Part shown: positions 18,345 to 28,750 of the stretch, one piece after another
Layout of the letters: each line of letters opens with the position of its first letter
Position numbering within the stretch: position 1 is the first letter of the stretch
NCBI GenBank assembly: GCA_965204725.1
Contig: OZ242005.1
Coordinates: 2,688,001-2,752,000 of the forward strand
DNA: 64,000 nucleotides
DNA from: Candidatus Latescibacterota bacterium
GTDB lineage: Bacteria > Latescibacterota > UBA2968 > UBA8231
Direction of reading: 5' to 3'
Notes under the pieces: generated by a model
Databases searched by the model: none
What the model was told of the DNA's origin: nothing
The model's input: the letters and a program-made list of their open reading frames with translations, nothing else
Position numbers and translations under genes: made by a program

Positions 18345-18668
18345 ATGGCCAAAAATAGCCGCCTCGTGTACTCCTCGGATACCGGCCGCGTCCCGCCAAA
18401 AAAAAAGCAGGCCGCCGCTCCCCTGGGCGACGGCATCGCCCGCGTCCGTCGCGAGAAAAAGGGACGTCGCGGCAAGACCGCGACCACGATCTCGGGCCTG
18501 CGGCTGTCCGCCGCCGAACTCAAGGCCCTCGCCTCCGAACTCAAGCGCAAATGCGGCAGCGGGGGGTCGGTCGTCGATCGAGTCATTGAAATTCAGGGGG
18601 ACCAAGTGGAGGTCGTGCTCGCCGAACTGGCCGAGCGCGGCTATCGGGCCAAGCACGCTGGTGGCTGA
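18345..18668 (+). CDS. yciH: SUI1/YciH translation factor
   Basis: LVYSSD, REKKGRRGK, LKRKCGSGG, IEIQGD. Confidence 0.92.
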   Translation: MAKNSRLVYSSDTGRVPPKKKQAAAPLGDGIARVRREKKGRRGKTATTISGLRLSAAELKALASELKRKCGSGGSVVDRVIEIQGDQVEVVLAELAERGYRAKHAGG

Positions 18669-18678
18669 TTCGTCCCCT

Positions 18679-19965
18679 TCAATTAGAGGGCGTAGAGGGT
18701 GGGATTTGCTTGCCCTGCGGGTCTTGCTCGTCGCTGATTTGCGCGCCCAACTCGGCGGCTAGCTCGCCGCCGATAAAGTGTTCAATCGCGTCGGCCGGGG
18801 CGTGGACGTGGTCCTTGGGCAGGCCGAGCTGGCTCATATAGGTCTCCCAAAGCCGGTGATTGCGCAACAAGCGCAGCGCGGCTTGTTGGCCCTTTGCCGA
18901 CAATTCGACGAGGCCATTGGCCTCGCTCAGCAGGTGCCGCCGCCGCAGGTTGCCGACCGCCAGCCGCGCCAACACGCCCCAAACAGCCGCGACCGCCACC
19001 AGCTCGGCGGGCCGCAGCCCAGCGCGCTCGGCCCCGCTTTCCTCGCGCCGCACCAGCGCGAGCAGCACGTGGTCTTGCGCCACTTGCAGCGATAGCCGCA
19101 CGCGCTGGTAGATCCGCGCCAGCACGCCCTGATTGGGGGAAAAAAGCAGGGAAAAGACAAAGATCGCGCCGATGACCACCACCATGGCACCGGCGATGGA
19201 GCTATTCCAGAAGCTGGCCAAAAAGTAACCCGCCACCGCCGAGGCCATGCCAAAGAACGCGGCCAACCCCAGTACCGCGATCAGCCGGTCGCTCCACAGG
19301 TACGCCGCGGCCCCGGGCACGATTAGCATGGCTACGACCAAGATCGCGCCGACCGACTCAAACGACGCCACCGTCGTCAGGGCGACCAAACCCATCAATA
19401 GATAGTGCATCAGCGTGGCGTTGATCCCCACCGACATAGCCAAGGCTGGGTCAAACGCGGAAATTTTGAATTCTTTGTACAAGAGCGCGAGCACCGTCAG
19501 GTTGAGCGCGAGCACCGCGCCCAAGATCCACACCGGGCGCGGCCCCAGCGACGTATCTCCCCACAGCAGCAGGTCCCAAGGGGTATAGGCGATCTCGCCG
19601 TAGAGTACGCACTCCTGATCGAGATCCACTTGGCCAGAATATGCGGTAATGATCACCACGCCTAGCGCGAAAAGCGCGGTAAACACAATGCCGATGGCCG
19701 CGTCCTCTTGGACGCGCCACCGCCGGTGAAACGACTCGACCAACAGCGCGGTCAGCAAGCCGAAGACGGCCGCGCCCAAAAACATCGGCAGCACCGCCCG
19801 GCTGCCCGACATCAGAAAGGCCACGGCGATCCCCGGCAGCACGGAGTGGCTCAACGCGTCGCCCAACAACGCCATCTTGCGCAGCACCAAGAAGGTCCCC
19901 AACAGGCTACAGGACGCGGTGACCAACACGCCGGTGAGCACGATCCAGAAAGCCCCTTCGATCAT
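18679..19965 (-). CDS. Mn/Zn/Fe ABC permease (TroD-like) with C-terminal DtxR-like domain
   Basis: GDALSHSVLPG, DAAIG, FDP; tail HRLWETYM...HAPADAIEH...DPQGKQIP. Confidence 0.88.
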   Translation of the reverse strand: MIEGAFWIVLTGVLVTASCSLLGTFLVLRKMALLGDALSHSVLPGIAVAFLMSGSRAVLPMFLGAAVFGLLTALLVESFHRRWRVQEDAAIGIVFTALFALGVVIITAYSGQVDLDQECVLYGEIAYTPWDLLLWGDTSLGPRPVWILGAVLALNLTVLALLYKEFKISAFDPALAMSVGINATLMHYLLMGLVALTTVASFESVGAILVVAMLIVPGAAAYLWSDRLIAVLGLAAFFGMASAVAGYFLASFWNSSIAGAMVVVIGAIFVFSLLFSPNQGVLARIYQRVRLSLQVAQDHVLLALVRREESGAERAGLRPAELVAVAAVWGVLARLAVGNLRRRHLLSEANGLVELSAKGQQAALRLLRNHRLWETYMSQLGLPKDHVHAPADAIEHFIGGELAAELGAQISDEQDPQGKQIPPSTPSN

Positions 19966-21290
19966 TCGCGCCCTCCCCGGCGGTAGTGACTGCCGGTGCC
20001 GTGGATATTGACGATCCGGGCCGGGTCTAGCCCTTGCTCGCGCTTGAGGACATCCTCTAGCTCGGCAATGATTTCCGGCGTCAGCAAGTGCTCGACTTCG
20101 TCGGCGGGCCGATCCACGTGATCGGCGTCGAGTATGGCCCGATAATACAAATAGTGTTCCCACAAGCGGTGCGACTTAACCACGAACAGCCCTTCCTCCG
20201 CGCCGCTGGTCGTTAGGGCGAACCGCCCGCCTTGATGCGAGACGAGCCCCTTGGCGGCGAGCCGGCGCCCGAGGCGTTTGATCTGGTCAGGCGACCGGCC
20301 CATCTCAATGGCCAATTCCTCCACGGCCAAGGGGCGGCTCGTTCCGAGCTTCTCTTGCAACTCGATGCAGGCGCGCAAAAAGTGCTGCTGGCTCTCGCGG
20401 CGGCTGTTGTGCCGCTGCCGCCGCCACCGCGCCAAGACCCCTCGCCGAGGCGCGCAAAGAGCCGAAACCACAAAGCACAAGGTGGCGATGAGCACCATCA
20501 CCGGGCCGGTGGGCACTCGCGGCACCAAGGAGCTGATGAAGGTGCCGACGACTCCAGCCAAGCCCCCGAAAGCAGCGGCGAGCAGGACCATCTTGTGCAA
20601 CCGCTCGGTCCAAAAGCGGGCCGCCACCGCCGGTGTGATGAGCATGGCCGCAATCAGCACGACGCCTACGGCCTGCAAGCCGACGATCACCGTCAGCGCG
20701 ATCAGCCCCATTAGCAGGGCGTCGATCCAGCGGGACGAGTACCCGAGCGTCTGCAAAAAGTCCGCGTCGAAAATTAGGGCCTTGAACTCCTTAAAAAACA
20801 AGGCCACCGCGAGGATAATGAGGACCGCCAAGACACTCATGACGCGCAGGTCGTCATCGACCAACGAGGCCGCTTGCCCAAAGAGGAACTTGTCCAAGCC
20901 GCTCTGATTGCCCGTGCCGACCCGCTGCACGTGGGTCAACAGCACGATGCCCACGCCAAAAAATACCGACAGGACAATGCCGATGGCCGAATCCGCCTTG
21001 ACGCGGGTAAAGTTGATGATGAACTGCATCGCCAACACGCCGAGCACCCCGGAAATCGCCGCGCCCGCCAGCAGCACCGGCAGGGCCTTGCTCCCAGTCC
21101 ACAAATAAGCTAGTGCCACGCCCGGCAGGGCCGCGTGCGCCAGCGCGTCGCCGACGAGGCTCCGCCGCCGCAACACGGCAAACGACCCCAGCAACCCGCC
21201 GGTCGCGCCAATCAGCAGGGCGCCGAAGAGCACGAAGCGCACGTTGGCGTCGGCCAAGCTCAAGAAGCGCAGGGCGTTTTCGGCCAGCAT
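19962..21290 (-). CDS. Mn/Zn/Fe ABC permease (TroC-like) with C-terminal DtxR-like domain
   Basis: GDALAHAALPG, FLFGQAA; tail with HTH-like segment plus HRLWEHYL...ADEVEH. Confidence 0.88.
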   Translation of the reverse strand: MLAENALRFLSLADANVRFVLFGALLIGATGGLLGSFAVLRRRSLVGDALAHAALPGVALAYLWTGSKALPVLLAGAAISGVLGVLAMQFIINFTRVKADSAIGIVLSVFFGVGIVLLTHVQRVGTGNQSGLDKFLFGQAASLVDDDLRVMSVLAVLIILAVALFFKEFKALIFDADFLQTLGYSSRWIDALLMGLIALTVIVGLQAVGVVLIAAMLITPAVAARFWTERLHKMVLLAAAFGGLAGVVGTFISSLVPRVPTGPVMVLIATLCFVVSALCAPRRGVLARWRRQRHNSRRESQQHFLRACIELQEKLGTSRPLAVEELAIEMGRSPDQIKRLGRRLAAKGLVSHQGGRFALTTSGAEEGLFVVKSHRLWEHYLYYRAILDADHVDRPADEVEHLLTPEIIAELEDVLKREQGLDPARIVNIHGTGSHYRRGGRE

Positions 21291-21292
21291 CG

Positions 21293-22063
21293 TCAGCTCT
21301 CGCGCCGCTGCTCAGCCATGGCTTGGGCGGCCTGCGAGAGTACGGTCAGCCGACCCCCATAGGTCTTTTGCAAATTGTCGTCGGTAAAGACCGCGCGGGT
21401 TGGGCCGGACGCCACGACCCGCATGTTGAGCATGATGACCCAATCGAAGTATTCGGTCACCGTCTGCAAGTCGTGGTGAACTACCAAGATGGTTTTTCCC
21501 TGCTGGCGCAGAGCGACCAAGCTGGCGATGATCGCGCGCTCGGTCGCCGCATCCACCCCGGCAAAAGGCTCGTCCATGATGTAGATGCGGGCCTGTTGGG
21601 CCAAGGCCCGGGCGAGAAAGACTCGCTGTTGCTGGCCGCCCGATAGCTGGCTGATCTGCCGCTCGGCAAACGGGGCCATGCCCACCTCGTCGAGGGCCGC
21701 CCAAGCCAAGCGGCGATCTTCCTTGCTCGGCCGCCGCATCCACCCCACGTGGCCATAGCGGCCCATGAGCACCACGTCGAGCGCACTGACCGGGAAGTCC
21801 CAATCCACGGATTCGCGCTGCGGCACATAGCCGATGATCTTGCGCATCTGGCTGTAGTCCTCGCCGTAGATCTTGACCCAGCCCGACGCCTTGGGGACGA
21901 GCTCCATTATGGCCTTGATCATGGTGCTTTTGCCCGAGCCGTTGGGGCCGATGATGCCTACGAGTTGCCCTTCGGGCACATTGAGATCCACGTCCCACAG
22001 CACCGGCTTCTTGTGGTAGGCAATGGTCATGTCGTGGATCTGGATGGGATGAGGTGCGCTCAC
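21293..22063 (-). CDS. Metal ABC transporter ATP-binding protein (TroB-like)
   Basis: GPNGSGKST, LSGGQQQR, MDEPF, VHHDL. Confidence 0.92.
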   Translation of the reverse strand: MSAPHPIQIHDMTIAYHKKPVLWDVDLNVPEGQLVGIIGPNGSGKSTMIKAIMELVPKASGWVKIYGEDYSQMRKIIGYVPQRESVDWDFPVSALDVVLMGRYGHVGWMRRPSKEDRRLAWAALDEVGMAPFAERQISQLSGGQQQRVFLARALAQQARIYIMDEPFAGVDAATERAIIASLVALRQQGKTILVVHHDLQTVTEYFDWVIMLNMRVVASGPTRAVFTDDNLQKTYGGRLTVLSQAAQAMAEQRRES

Positions 22064-22956
22064 CGCAAGGCTCCCACGAGGGTGTTGACGTTGCTTTCGA
22101 CCATGCCCACATAGGTGTCGGCACCGCTGCCAGCGGCCCCCATCGCGTCTGAGTATAGGGTGCCGCCTATTTCCACTTGGAAGCCGCGGTCCAAGCACCC
22201 TTCGCGCACCGCCTCAATCGAGCGCACAGGTACGCTGCTCTCGACGAATATGGCCTTGACCTCGCGCTCCACGATCAAATCGACTAGCCGGGTGACGTCG
22301 TTGACCCCGTAATCGGCCACTGTGGAAATCCCTTGCAGGCCGACGACCTCCACTCCGTAGGCGCGGCCAAAATAGCCAAAGGCATCGTGGGCCGTAATCA
22401 GCACCCGGCTGGCCTCCGGCAGCAGCGCGACCTGATCGAAGATCCATTGGTGTAGCGAGTCGAGACGCGCTCGATAGCGCGCCCCGTTCTGGCGATAGAC
22501 CGACGCCCCGTCCGGGTCCAGTGCGCTCAGGCGGGCCACGACCGGCTCAATCGTCTGCGCCCACAGGGATACGTCGAACCAGATGTGGGGATCGAAGTTG
22601 CCGTCGAATTCCGGGGGGCGCAGCAAGCGCTCTTCTGGTATGTGCCCGGCCACGGCCAACACCGGCTTGCGGCGGGCCATTTTGGCGAAGATGTCTTCCA
22701 TCTTGCCTTCGAGAAAAAGGCCGTTGAAGAGAATCAAATTCGCGGCCGTTAGCTTGGCTAAATCGCCCTGCGATGCCTTGTAGTAATGCGGATCAACGCC
22801 CGGCCCCATCATCCCGACAACCGCGATGCGATCGCCGCCGATGTTCCGAGCGAGGTCGGCGACCATCCCCGTGGTACACACCACCTCAATCTGCTCGTTT
22901 CCGCGCTCGGGCGCACTGCATCCCAACGCGCACAACACAATGAAAATCCAGAACAT
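22060..22956 (-). CDS. Metal ABC substrate-binding lipoprotein (TroA-like)
   Basis: Lipobox ALGC, GVDPHYY, DPHIW, HDAFGY, LYSDAMG. Confidence 0.92.
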   Translation of the reverse strand: MFWIFIVLCALGCSAPERGNEQIEVVCTTGMVADLARNIGGDRIAVVGMMGPGVDPHYYKASQGDLAKLTAANLILFNGLFLEGKMEDIFAKMARRKPVLAVAGHIPEERLLRPPEFDGNFDPHIWFDVSLWAQTIEPVVARLSALDPDGASVYRQNGARYRARLDSLHQWIFDQVALLPEASRVLITAHDAFGYFGRAYGVEVVGLQGISTVADYGVNDVTRLVDLIVEREVKAIFVESSVPVRSIEAVREGCLDRGFQVEIGGTLYSDAMGAAGSGADTYVGMVESNVNTLVGALR

Positions 22957-23016
22957 GGTCCCTTGCTTATTTAACGATATGGAGTGCAAGAATCTTCGTC
23001 GAAACCGACTAGGGCC

Positions 23017-23643
23017 TCATCCACGTCGCCCGGTGTGCCCATTGGAGGACGCCAAGCGATGGAGCGCTCGCTCGGCCTCTAGCAGGGCAAAGTACTCGCA
23101 GAGCGCGTGTAGGCGGCCATTTTCGGTCGTCATTTCGAGCAGTTGCTGCCGAATCCCCAAGTCGAGGCGCTGGGCGATTTGAAAGGCGTTTTGCAAAGAC
23201 CCGACTTCAGCTCGTGCGCCGGTCCCTTCCTCTAGCTGCTTCACCAAGTCTTCTAAGGCCGCAACGGCCTTGGCTAAAAGCACTGGATCGGTCGGCTCCT
23301 CAGCGTCATCTACGTACTCTACCCACGCCTCTAAGTAGGGCTTGTGCTCGTCAATGCGAGCGATGCGAAAGCGCCGCCCGCCGCGGACGATGATGTTGAG
23401 GCGACCATCGTCGAACTCGTCGAGCACTCGGGCCAACACCATCGCGCAACCCACCTCGCCTTGGACCTCGCGGTCCTGCCCCAGAATCATGCCAATGGGC
23501 AAGGTCTCGCCGCGCTCGTCGGCCTCCCGCACATCGGCGAGCATGCGCTTGTAGCGCGGCTCAAATATGTGCAGGGGCACGATTTGGCCGGGGAAGACGA
23601 CCACCGGCAGGGGAAAAAGCGGAATCGGATTGCGATCGAACAT
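23017..23643 (-). CDS. LON peptidase N-terminal (substrate-binding) domain protein
   Basis: PLFPLPVVVFPG..PLHIFEPRY, DGRLNI. Confidence 0.88.
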   Translation of the reverse strand: MFDRNPIPLFPLPVVVFPGQIVPLHIFEPRYKRMLADVREADERGETLPIGMILGQDREVQGEVGCAMVLARVLDEFDDGRLNIIVRGGRRFRIARIDEHKPYLEAWVEYVDDAEEPTDPVLLAKAVAALEDLVKQLEEGTGARAEVGSLQNAFQIAQRLDLGIRQQLLEMTTENGRLHALCEYFALLEAERALHRLASSNGHTGRRG

Positions 23644-23703
23644 GGCGTTGTGCCAGCAAATTAAACCGCCGATACCAGCGAGGGCAAGCTGGGTTTTGGT
23701 GCT

Positions 23704-24615
23704 TCACCCCGACTGTAACGCTTCCTGTAACAACGCAAACAGCCGGTCTAGTTCGGCGCGCGTTTCCACGTCGAGGGCATAGCTCAGGGGGCCGCGATGC
23801 ACTTGGTTGGGAAAGAGGCCGCGCTTGTGCATGAGGTAGCGCTCGACCACGATGAAGCCGTCCAAGCCCCCTTGGATCTGCACAGTACACAAGGCGCAGA
23901 TGGGAAAGTAAAGCTGGTACGCCCGCGCTTCGTCGCCGGCTGTGAGGGCGCGCCACAGCGCGACCGTGCCGTCGAGCAGCTCGACGCCGGGAATGGTCCC
24001 GCGAATGCCGCGGCGGAAGGAGTCGATCAGCAGCAAGCCGCCGCTGCCTTCAAATATGCCGGCCCGACCCTCGGTGTGGTCGCGCAGCGCCGAGATGCAA
24101 GGCCCCAAAGGAGTGGCCTCGGGTTTGAAGAGGACGCGGTCGCCGTAGTCGCGAAAGAGCGACGCTTGAAACGCAATGCTCATCGGGTTGCCCACGTACG
24201 AGCTCGCGTCTTGGATCATAACCGGGATGGAAACCTCGGCGAGTAGGGCGGCAAAATAAGCGCGCAACTCGCTTTCGCCCAAGGAGCGGGAAATCGGCGG
24301 AATGGCCATGACGGCGGCCGCGCCGCCATCTTCCGCGGCCCGAGCGTAGAGCCGGGCTTGGGCCGTGCCCTCGGCCCCGACGCCGATGATGACCGGGCCG
24401 CGCCCGCGGGCAAACTCCACCAGCCGGGCCGGAAGCGCGAGCCGCTCGGCCGCCGTCAGGCGCAACAGGTCGGATACCAAGGCGAGGCAGAACCCGTAGG
24501 CCCCGGTTGCGAAAAGGTAATCGACCTCGTCTTGCAATACGGCGTAGTCAATGGCTTGGTCGTCGGTGTACGGAATGTGGACGACTGGCAGAACGTCTTT
24601 GATTTCGTAGCTCAT
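23704..24615 (-). CDS. Dihydrodipicolinate synthase-family protein
   Basis: PVIIGVG, MAIPP, PVMIQD, FKPE. Confidence 0.8.
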   Translation of the reverse strand: MSYEIKDVLPVVHIPYTDDQAIDYAVLQDEVDYLFATGAYGFCLALVSDLLRLTAAERLALPARLVEFARGRGPVIIGVGAEGTAQARLYARAAEDGGAAAVMAIPPISRSLGESELRAYFAALLAEVSIPVMIQDASSYVGNPMSIAFQASLFRDYGDRVLFKPEATPLGPCISALRDHTEGRAGIFEGSGGLLLIDSFRRGIRGTIPGVELLDGTVALWRALTAGDEARAYQLYFPICALCTVQIQGGLDGFIVVERYLMHKRGLFPNQVHRGPLSYALDVETRAELDRLFALLQEALQSG

Positions 24616-25466
24616 CGTCGTTGTCCTCGGCGCGCTCGGCGCAAAATGGCAAAGAGGTGTTCGGCCATCTCGTCGTTGGCCGCGGCCAAGAAGTGCCCGA
24701 ATTTGCGGCGCTGAGTATAGACCGGGCGGCGGCGTTCCCCGGTGTAGCAGCGCGCCCCGGCCTCTTCGGCAATCAGCGACGGTGGCCCGACATCATAGAC
24801 TTCGACTTGGCGCGTCAGATACGCACACAGCGCCCCCTCGGCGAGCTCGGTGAGGACCAATGCCGCGCCAATAGGGCTTTCGCGCGGGGCCAGCGCGGGG
24901 CGGGCGAGGGCCTGATAGGGGCGAGCCTTCGAGGAAATGAAGGCTTTGTTCGTGCGCGGCTCATCGGGCAACTGCAAGCGGCGCGGGCGGCCGGTGCCCA
25001 CGCGCACGAGCGCCCCCTTGCCCTTGCAGGCGGTGAACGTCTTGTCCTCTGAGGGCCGCGCGACAATCGCGGCGAGCATAAGGCCATCGCAAGCTAAGCC
25101 TATCGAGATGTGATACGGGGCGTCGCCCCGCTTGAAGTGCAAGGTGCCGTCGATGGGATCGACAAGGACCGCGTAGGGCGAGGTATTGCCAGCAAAGCGC
25201 CTTTTGAGCGGCGTGCGCTCCTCGGCAATGCAGCGCACAAACGGAAAGTGCTGGAGCACGACCGCAAGGAGGATGTCCTGCACGGCCGCGTCGAGGACCG
25301 TGAAGGCCGTGGAGGCGGCCTGCGCCTTGCGACCGGTGAGGCGCAAGTCGGCGGCCTTGCCAATGTCGGCGACTTGGCCGTAGAAAATCAGGGAGGCGCG
25401 GGCGCACTGATCGACGACCGGGAGCAGCGCGTCGATAAAGTCGTTGGGGGCGATGGTTGCGGCCAT
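24612..25466 (-). CDS. Inositol monophosphatase-family protein
   Basis: AEE, VDPIDGT, YDV...IAEEAG. Confidence 0.82.
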   Translation of the reverse strand: MAATIAPNDFIDALLPVVDQCARASLIFYGQVADIGKAADLRLTGRKAQAASTAFTVLDAAVQDILLAVVLQHFPFVRCIAEERTPLKRRFAGNTSPYAVLVDPIDGTLHFKRGDAPYHISIGLACDGLMLAAIVARPSEDKTFTACKGKGALVRVGTGRPRRLQLPDEPRTNKAFISSKARPYQALARPALAPRESPIGAALVLTELAEGALCAYLTRQVEVYDVGPPSLIAEEAGARCYTGERRRPVYTQRRKFGHFLAAANDEMAEHLFAILRRARRGQRR

Positions 25467-25543
25467 GTCACATACAATAATAAAGCGCCCGGTTCCTCTC
25501 TGGAGGAAGCCGGGCGCGAGCGAGCGGGCGGCCCAACGGCTTT

Positions 25544-27853
25544 TCAGCCGGCCGCCTCTACGAGTTGACTTTCCTGCAAGGCGGCGACGACCCGGTCGGG
25601 ACTCATGGGCAGCTCGCCCAAGCGGTGCCCCAAGGCATCGTAGATGGCGTTGGCAATGGCGGCCATCGGCGGCACCAAGGGGACTTCGCCGACGCCGCGG
25701 ATTCCGTGCGGGCTGGCCGGATTGGGCACTTCGACCAGAATCGTCTCGATCAGGGGAATGTCAAAGGTGGTCGGCATCCGATAGTCGAGGAAGGTCGGGT
25801 TGGCCAACTGACCATCGTCCGTGTAGAAGTACCCCTCCGAAAGTGCCCAGCCAATCCCCTGCACGGCCCCGCCTTGGATCTGGCCCTCGACATAAGAGGG
25901 ATGAACGGCCTTGCCCACGTCTTGGACCGCGGTGTAGCGCAAAATTTCGACCTTGCCGGTGTCTGGATCGATCTCCACATCGACGATGTGAACGGCGAAT
26001 GCGTTGCCCGGGCCGCTGGCGTTGATCGTGCCCTTGCCGGTGATCGGGCCGCCGGTGCTGCCTTGGTTGGCCGCGACCTCCGCAAAGGTGAGCCGCAAAG
26101 CGGGATTGGATTTGCAGACAAAGCGGCCGTCCTGGAACTCAATGTCGTCCTCGGCCACCTCTAGCTGCTGCGCGGCACGCCGGCTCATCTCGGCCTTGAC
26201 GTCCTCGGCCGCGTTGTAGCAGGCGTGGCCGGTGGCATAGCACACGCGGCTGCCGCCGGTGCCGCCGGTGAAGCCAATTGAGCTGGTGTCTGGGATGGAG
26301 GGATTGATGTCCTCGGCCCGCAGCCCCAAGGTCTCGGCGACAATCATGGCCATGGCGGCGCGGCTGCCGCCGATGTCAACCGAGCCTTCGGTGAGGTTGA
26401 TCGTGCCGTTGTCGTTGACGGCAATGGCGGCCGAAGACATGCCGCCGCCGTTGAACCAAAAGCCACCGGCCACGCCGCGCCCCCGATAGGGGCCTTCGAG
26501 CTTGCTGTGGTAGTGCTCCGAGTCCTTGGCGGCTTGCACGGTCTCTTCGCAGCCGATCTGTCGGTACACCGTGCCGTCGGCGCGGCGCGTCCCCTCTTTG
26601 GCCGCATTCTTGAGCCGCATCTCCAGCGGGTCCATGCCGATTTTCTCGGCGAGCTCGTCGATGACGCTCTCGGAGGCAAAGGCCGCGTTGGGTGCCCCGG
26701 GCGCGCGGTAGGCCGAGGATTTGGGCTTGTTGACGACCACGTCGTATGCGTCGATGGTGACGTTGGCAATGTTGTACGGCGCGAGGATGCACTGGGCGCC
26801 GGCCCCCACGGCCGAGCCGGGATAGGCCCCGGCCTCGTAGGCCATGTAGCAGTGGGCCGCGGTGATGGTGCCGTCGTTTTTGGCCCCCATCTTAACCTTG
26901 ATGTAGGAGCCGGGGGCCGGGCCAGTCCCCTGAAAGACCTCGGTGCGGCTCATGATCATTTTGACCGGCTGACCTGTTTTGTGCGACATAATGGCCGCGG
27001 CCGGCTCCATGTAGATAGGAAACTTGCCGCCGAAGCCACCGCCGATTTCGCAGGGGATAACCTTGACCTTGGAGACCGGAACGTTGAGGACTTCCGCCAC
27101 CTGCGAGCGGATCTCAAACGGCCCTTGCGTACTCACCCACACGGTGACGCTGCCGTCGTTTTTCCACCAGACGGTCGTGTTGTGCGGCTCGATGTAGCCT
27201 TGGTGAATGGTGGCCGTGTGAAATTCGCGCTCGACGATCGCGTCGGCCTCGGCCAAGCCCGCTTCGAGATTGCCCATGGCGTGCTGATTGTGGGAGGCGA
27301 TATTGCTGTGCTTGCCCGTATCCTCGCCGAAGGCCCGCGTGGTGCGCCCTTCGTCGAGCAGCGGGGCGTCGTCGCGCATGGCTTCGCGGACATCGACGAC
27401 CGGCTCCAAGACCTTGTATTCGACCTCGATTAGGTCGAGGGCCTCTTCGGCGATGTGGGGGCTGACCGCGCAGACTGCGGCGACCGCGTGGCCCGTATAG
27501 AGCACCTTGTCTGAGGCCAGCGAGTTTTTGGCGATCTCGCGCACGTTCACGGTGGTTTCGCCGATGTTAGAGAGCTTATCTACGGTATCGACCAAATCGT
27601 CGGCCGTGGCCACGGCCCGCACTCCGTCGAGCGCGAGGGCCTTGGCGGTGTCAATCGAGAGAATCTCGGCGTGGGGATGCGGACTGCGGAGGACTTTGCC
27701 GTAGAGCAGGCCCGGCAAGCGCACGTCGGCCCCGTACACGGCCGCGCCGGTGACCTTATCGACGCCGTCGTGGCGGATGGGGCGGGTGCCGATGACCTTG
27801 TACTTGCCGTCGGCCGTGTAATTGGGATAGTCTTTGCTGGAAAAGGCAGCCAT
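25544..27853 (-). CDS. Xanthine dehydrogenase/CoxL-family molybdopterin-binding subunit
   Basis: GGGFGGK, AYRAPG, EGQIQGG, RGVGEVP. Confidence 0.92.
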   Translation of the reverse strand: MAAFSSKDYPNYTADGKYKVIGTRPIRHDGVDKVTGAAVYGADVRLPGLLYGKVLRSPHPHAEILSIDTAKALALDGVRAVATADDLVDTVDKLSNIGETTVNVREIAKNSLASDKVLYTGHAVAAVCAVSPHIAEEALDLIEVEYKVLEPVVDVREAMRDDAPLLDEGRTTRAFGEDTGKHSNIASHNQHAMGNLEAGLAEADAIVEREFHTATIHQGYIEPHNTTVWWKNDGSVTVWVSTQGPFEIRSQVAEVLNVPVSKVKVIPCEIGGGFGGKFPIYMEPAAAIMSHKTGQPVKMIMSRTEVFQGTGPAPGSYIKVKMGAKNDGTITAAHCYMAYEAGAYPGSAVGAGAQCILAPYNIANVTIDAYDVVVNKPKSSAYRAPGAPNAAFASESVIDELAEKIGMDPLEMRLKNAAKEGTRRADGTVYRQIGCEETVQAAKDSEHYHSKLEGPYRGRGVAGGFWFNGGGMSSAAIAVNDNGTINLTEGSVDIGGSRAAMAMIVAETLGLRAEDINPSIPDTSSIGFTGGTGGSRVCYATGHACYNAAEDVKAEMSRRAAQQLEVAEDDIEFQDGRFVCKSNPALRLTFAEVAANQGSTGGPITGKGTINASGPGNAFAVHIVDVEIDPDTGKVEILRYTAVQDVGKAVHPSYVEGQIQGGAVQGIGWALSEGYFYTDDGQLANPTFLDYRMPTTFDIPLIETILVEVPNPASPHGIRGVGEVPLVPPMAAIANAIYDALGHRLGELPMSPDRVVAALQESQLVEAAG

Positions 27854-27947
27854 GAGGCCCTCCTTACCTTAAATGGATTAAATGTTTCAGGGCTTCTAAT
27901 TCGCTTTAATCTGAAGGCGATACCCTGCGGCGTCAAGTGAACCTCTG

Positions 27948-28652
27948 ATGACCATTGCTTGGGAAACCCCGGCGCGCTGGCCTCGGCTCAGCGCTGATGA
28001 AATCCACGTCTGGTGCGTCGAATTGGACGAGGCCGCCGATGCGACCGCGCTCGCGGCTTGTCTCAGCGCGGACGAGTGCGAGCGAGCGGGCGGTTTACCT
28101 TCCAGTTCCCATCGCCGACGCTTTGTGGCAGCGCGGGCCATGCTGCGTCAGCTCTTGGGACGCTACCTCGACCAAGAACCCAGCGCGGTGGTTTTTGCGC
28201 GTGGCGCGCACGGCAAGCCCTTTCTGCCCGAAGGGGGACTGCATTTCAACGTGTCCCATACCCACGGGTTGGCACTGTACGCGATAGCATCCGCTTGCGA
28301 GGTCGGCGTGGACGTGGAGTGGATGCGGCCCCAAGTCGCGCACGAGCGCATTGCGGCGCGCTTCTTTTCACCGGAGGAGCAGGCGATGCTGGCGCACGTG
28401 CCAGCCGAGGAGCGGCGGGCGGCCTTTTACCATATATGGACGCGCAAGGAAGCCTATCTCAAGGCGCGCGGCGACGGCCTAGCCGCTGGGCTTAGCACCT
28501 TTGCGGTATCGCTAGAAGCAGAGGCCCTTTTGCGCTCGGGCGAAGGGCGACGCTGGAAGTTGATCGCTTGGGAACCAGCCGACGGCTATGTCGCGGCTTT
28601 GTGCGGGGCGGGCGTGGATTGGCAAATGCGGGGCTGGTGCTGGCGGCCTTAG
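27948..28652 (+). CDS. Sfp-type 4'-phosphopantetheinyl transferase
   Basis: GKP, FNVSH, VGVDVE, WTRKEAYLKA. Confidence 0.92.
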   Translation: MTIAWETPARWPRLSADEIHVWCVELDEAADATALAACLSADECERAGGLPSSSHRRRFVAARAMLRQLLGRYLDQEPSAVVFARGAHGKPFLPEGGLHFNVSHTHGLALYAIASACEVGVDVEWMRPQVAHERIAARFFSPEEQAMLAHVPAEERRAAFYHIWTRKEAYLKARGDGLAAGLSTFAVSLEAEALLRSGEGRRWKLIAWEPADGYVAALCGAGVDWQMRGWCWRP

Positions 28653-28750
28653 AAGCTGTCTGAAAACTCCGATGGTCGTCCTTTGCGTCTAAACGATCCC
28701 GTCTCTACGGCTTGTTCAACAGGACCCAAGGTGGGTTTTCAGATAGCCTC
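28652..28750. mobile_element. 99-bp MITE (IS5-like ends) with TTA target duplication
   Basis: GAAGCTGTCTGAAAAC ... GTTTTCAGATAGCCTC (16-bp inverted repeat, 2 mismatches), TTA on both sides. Confidence 0.75.
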
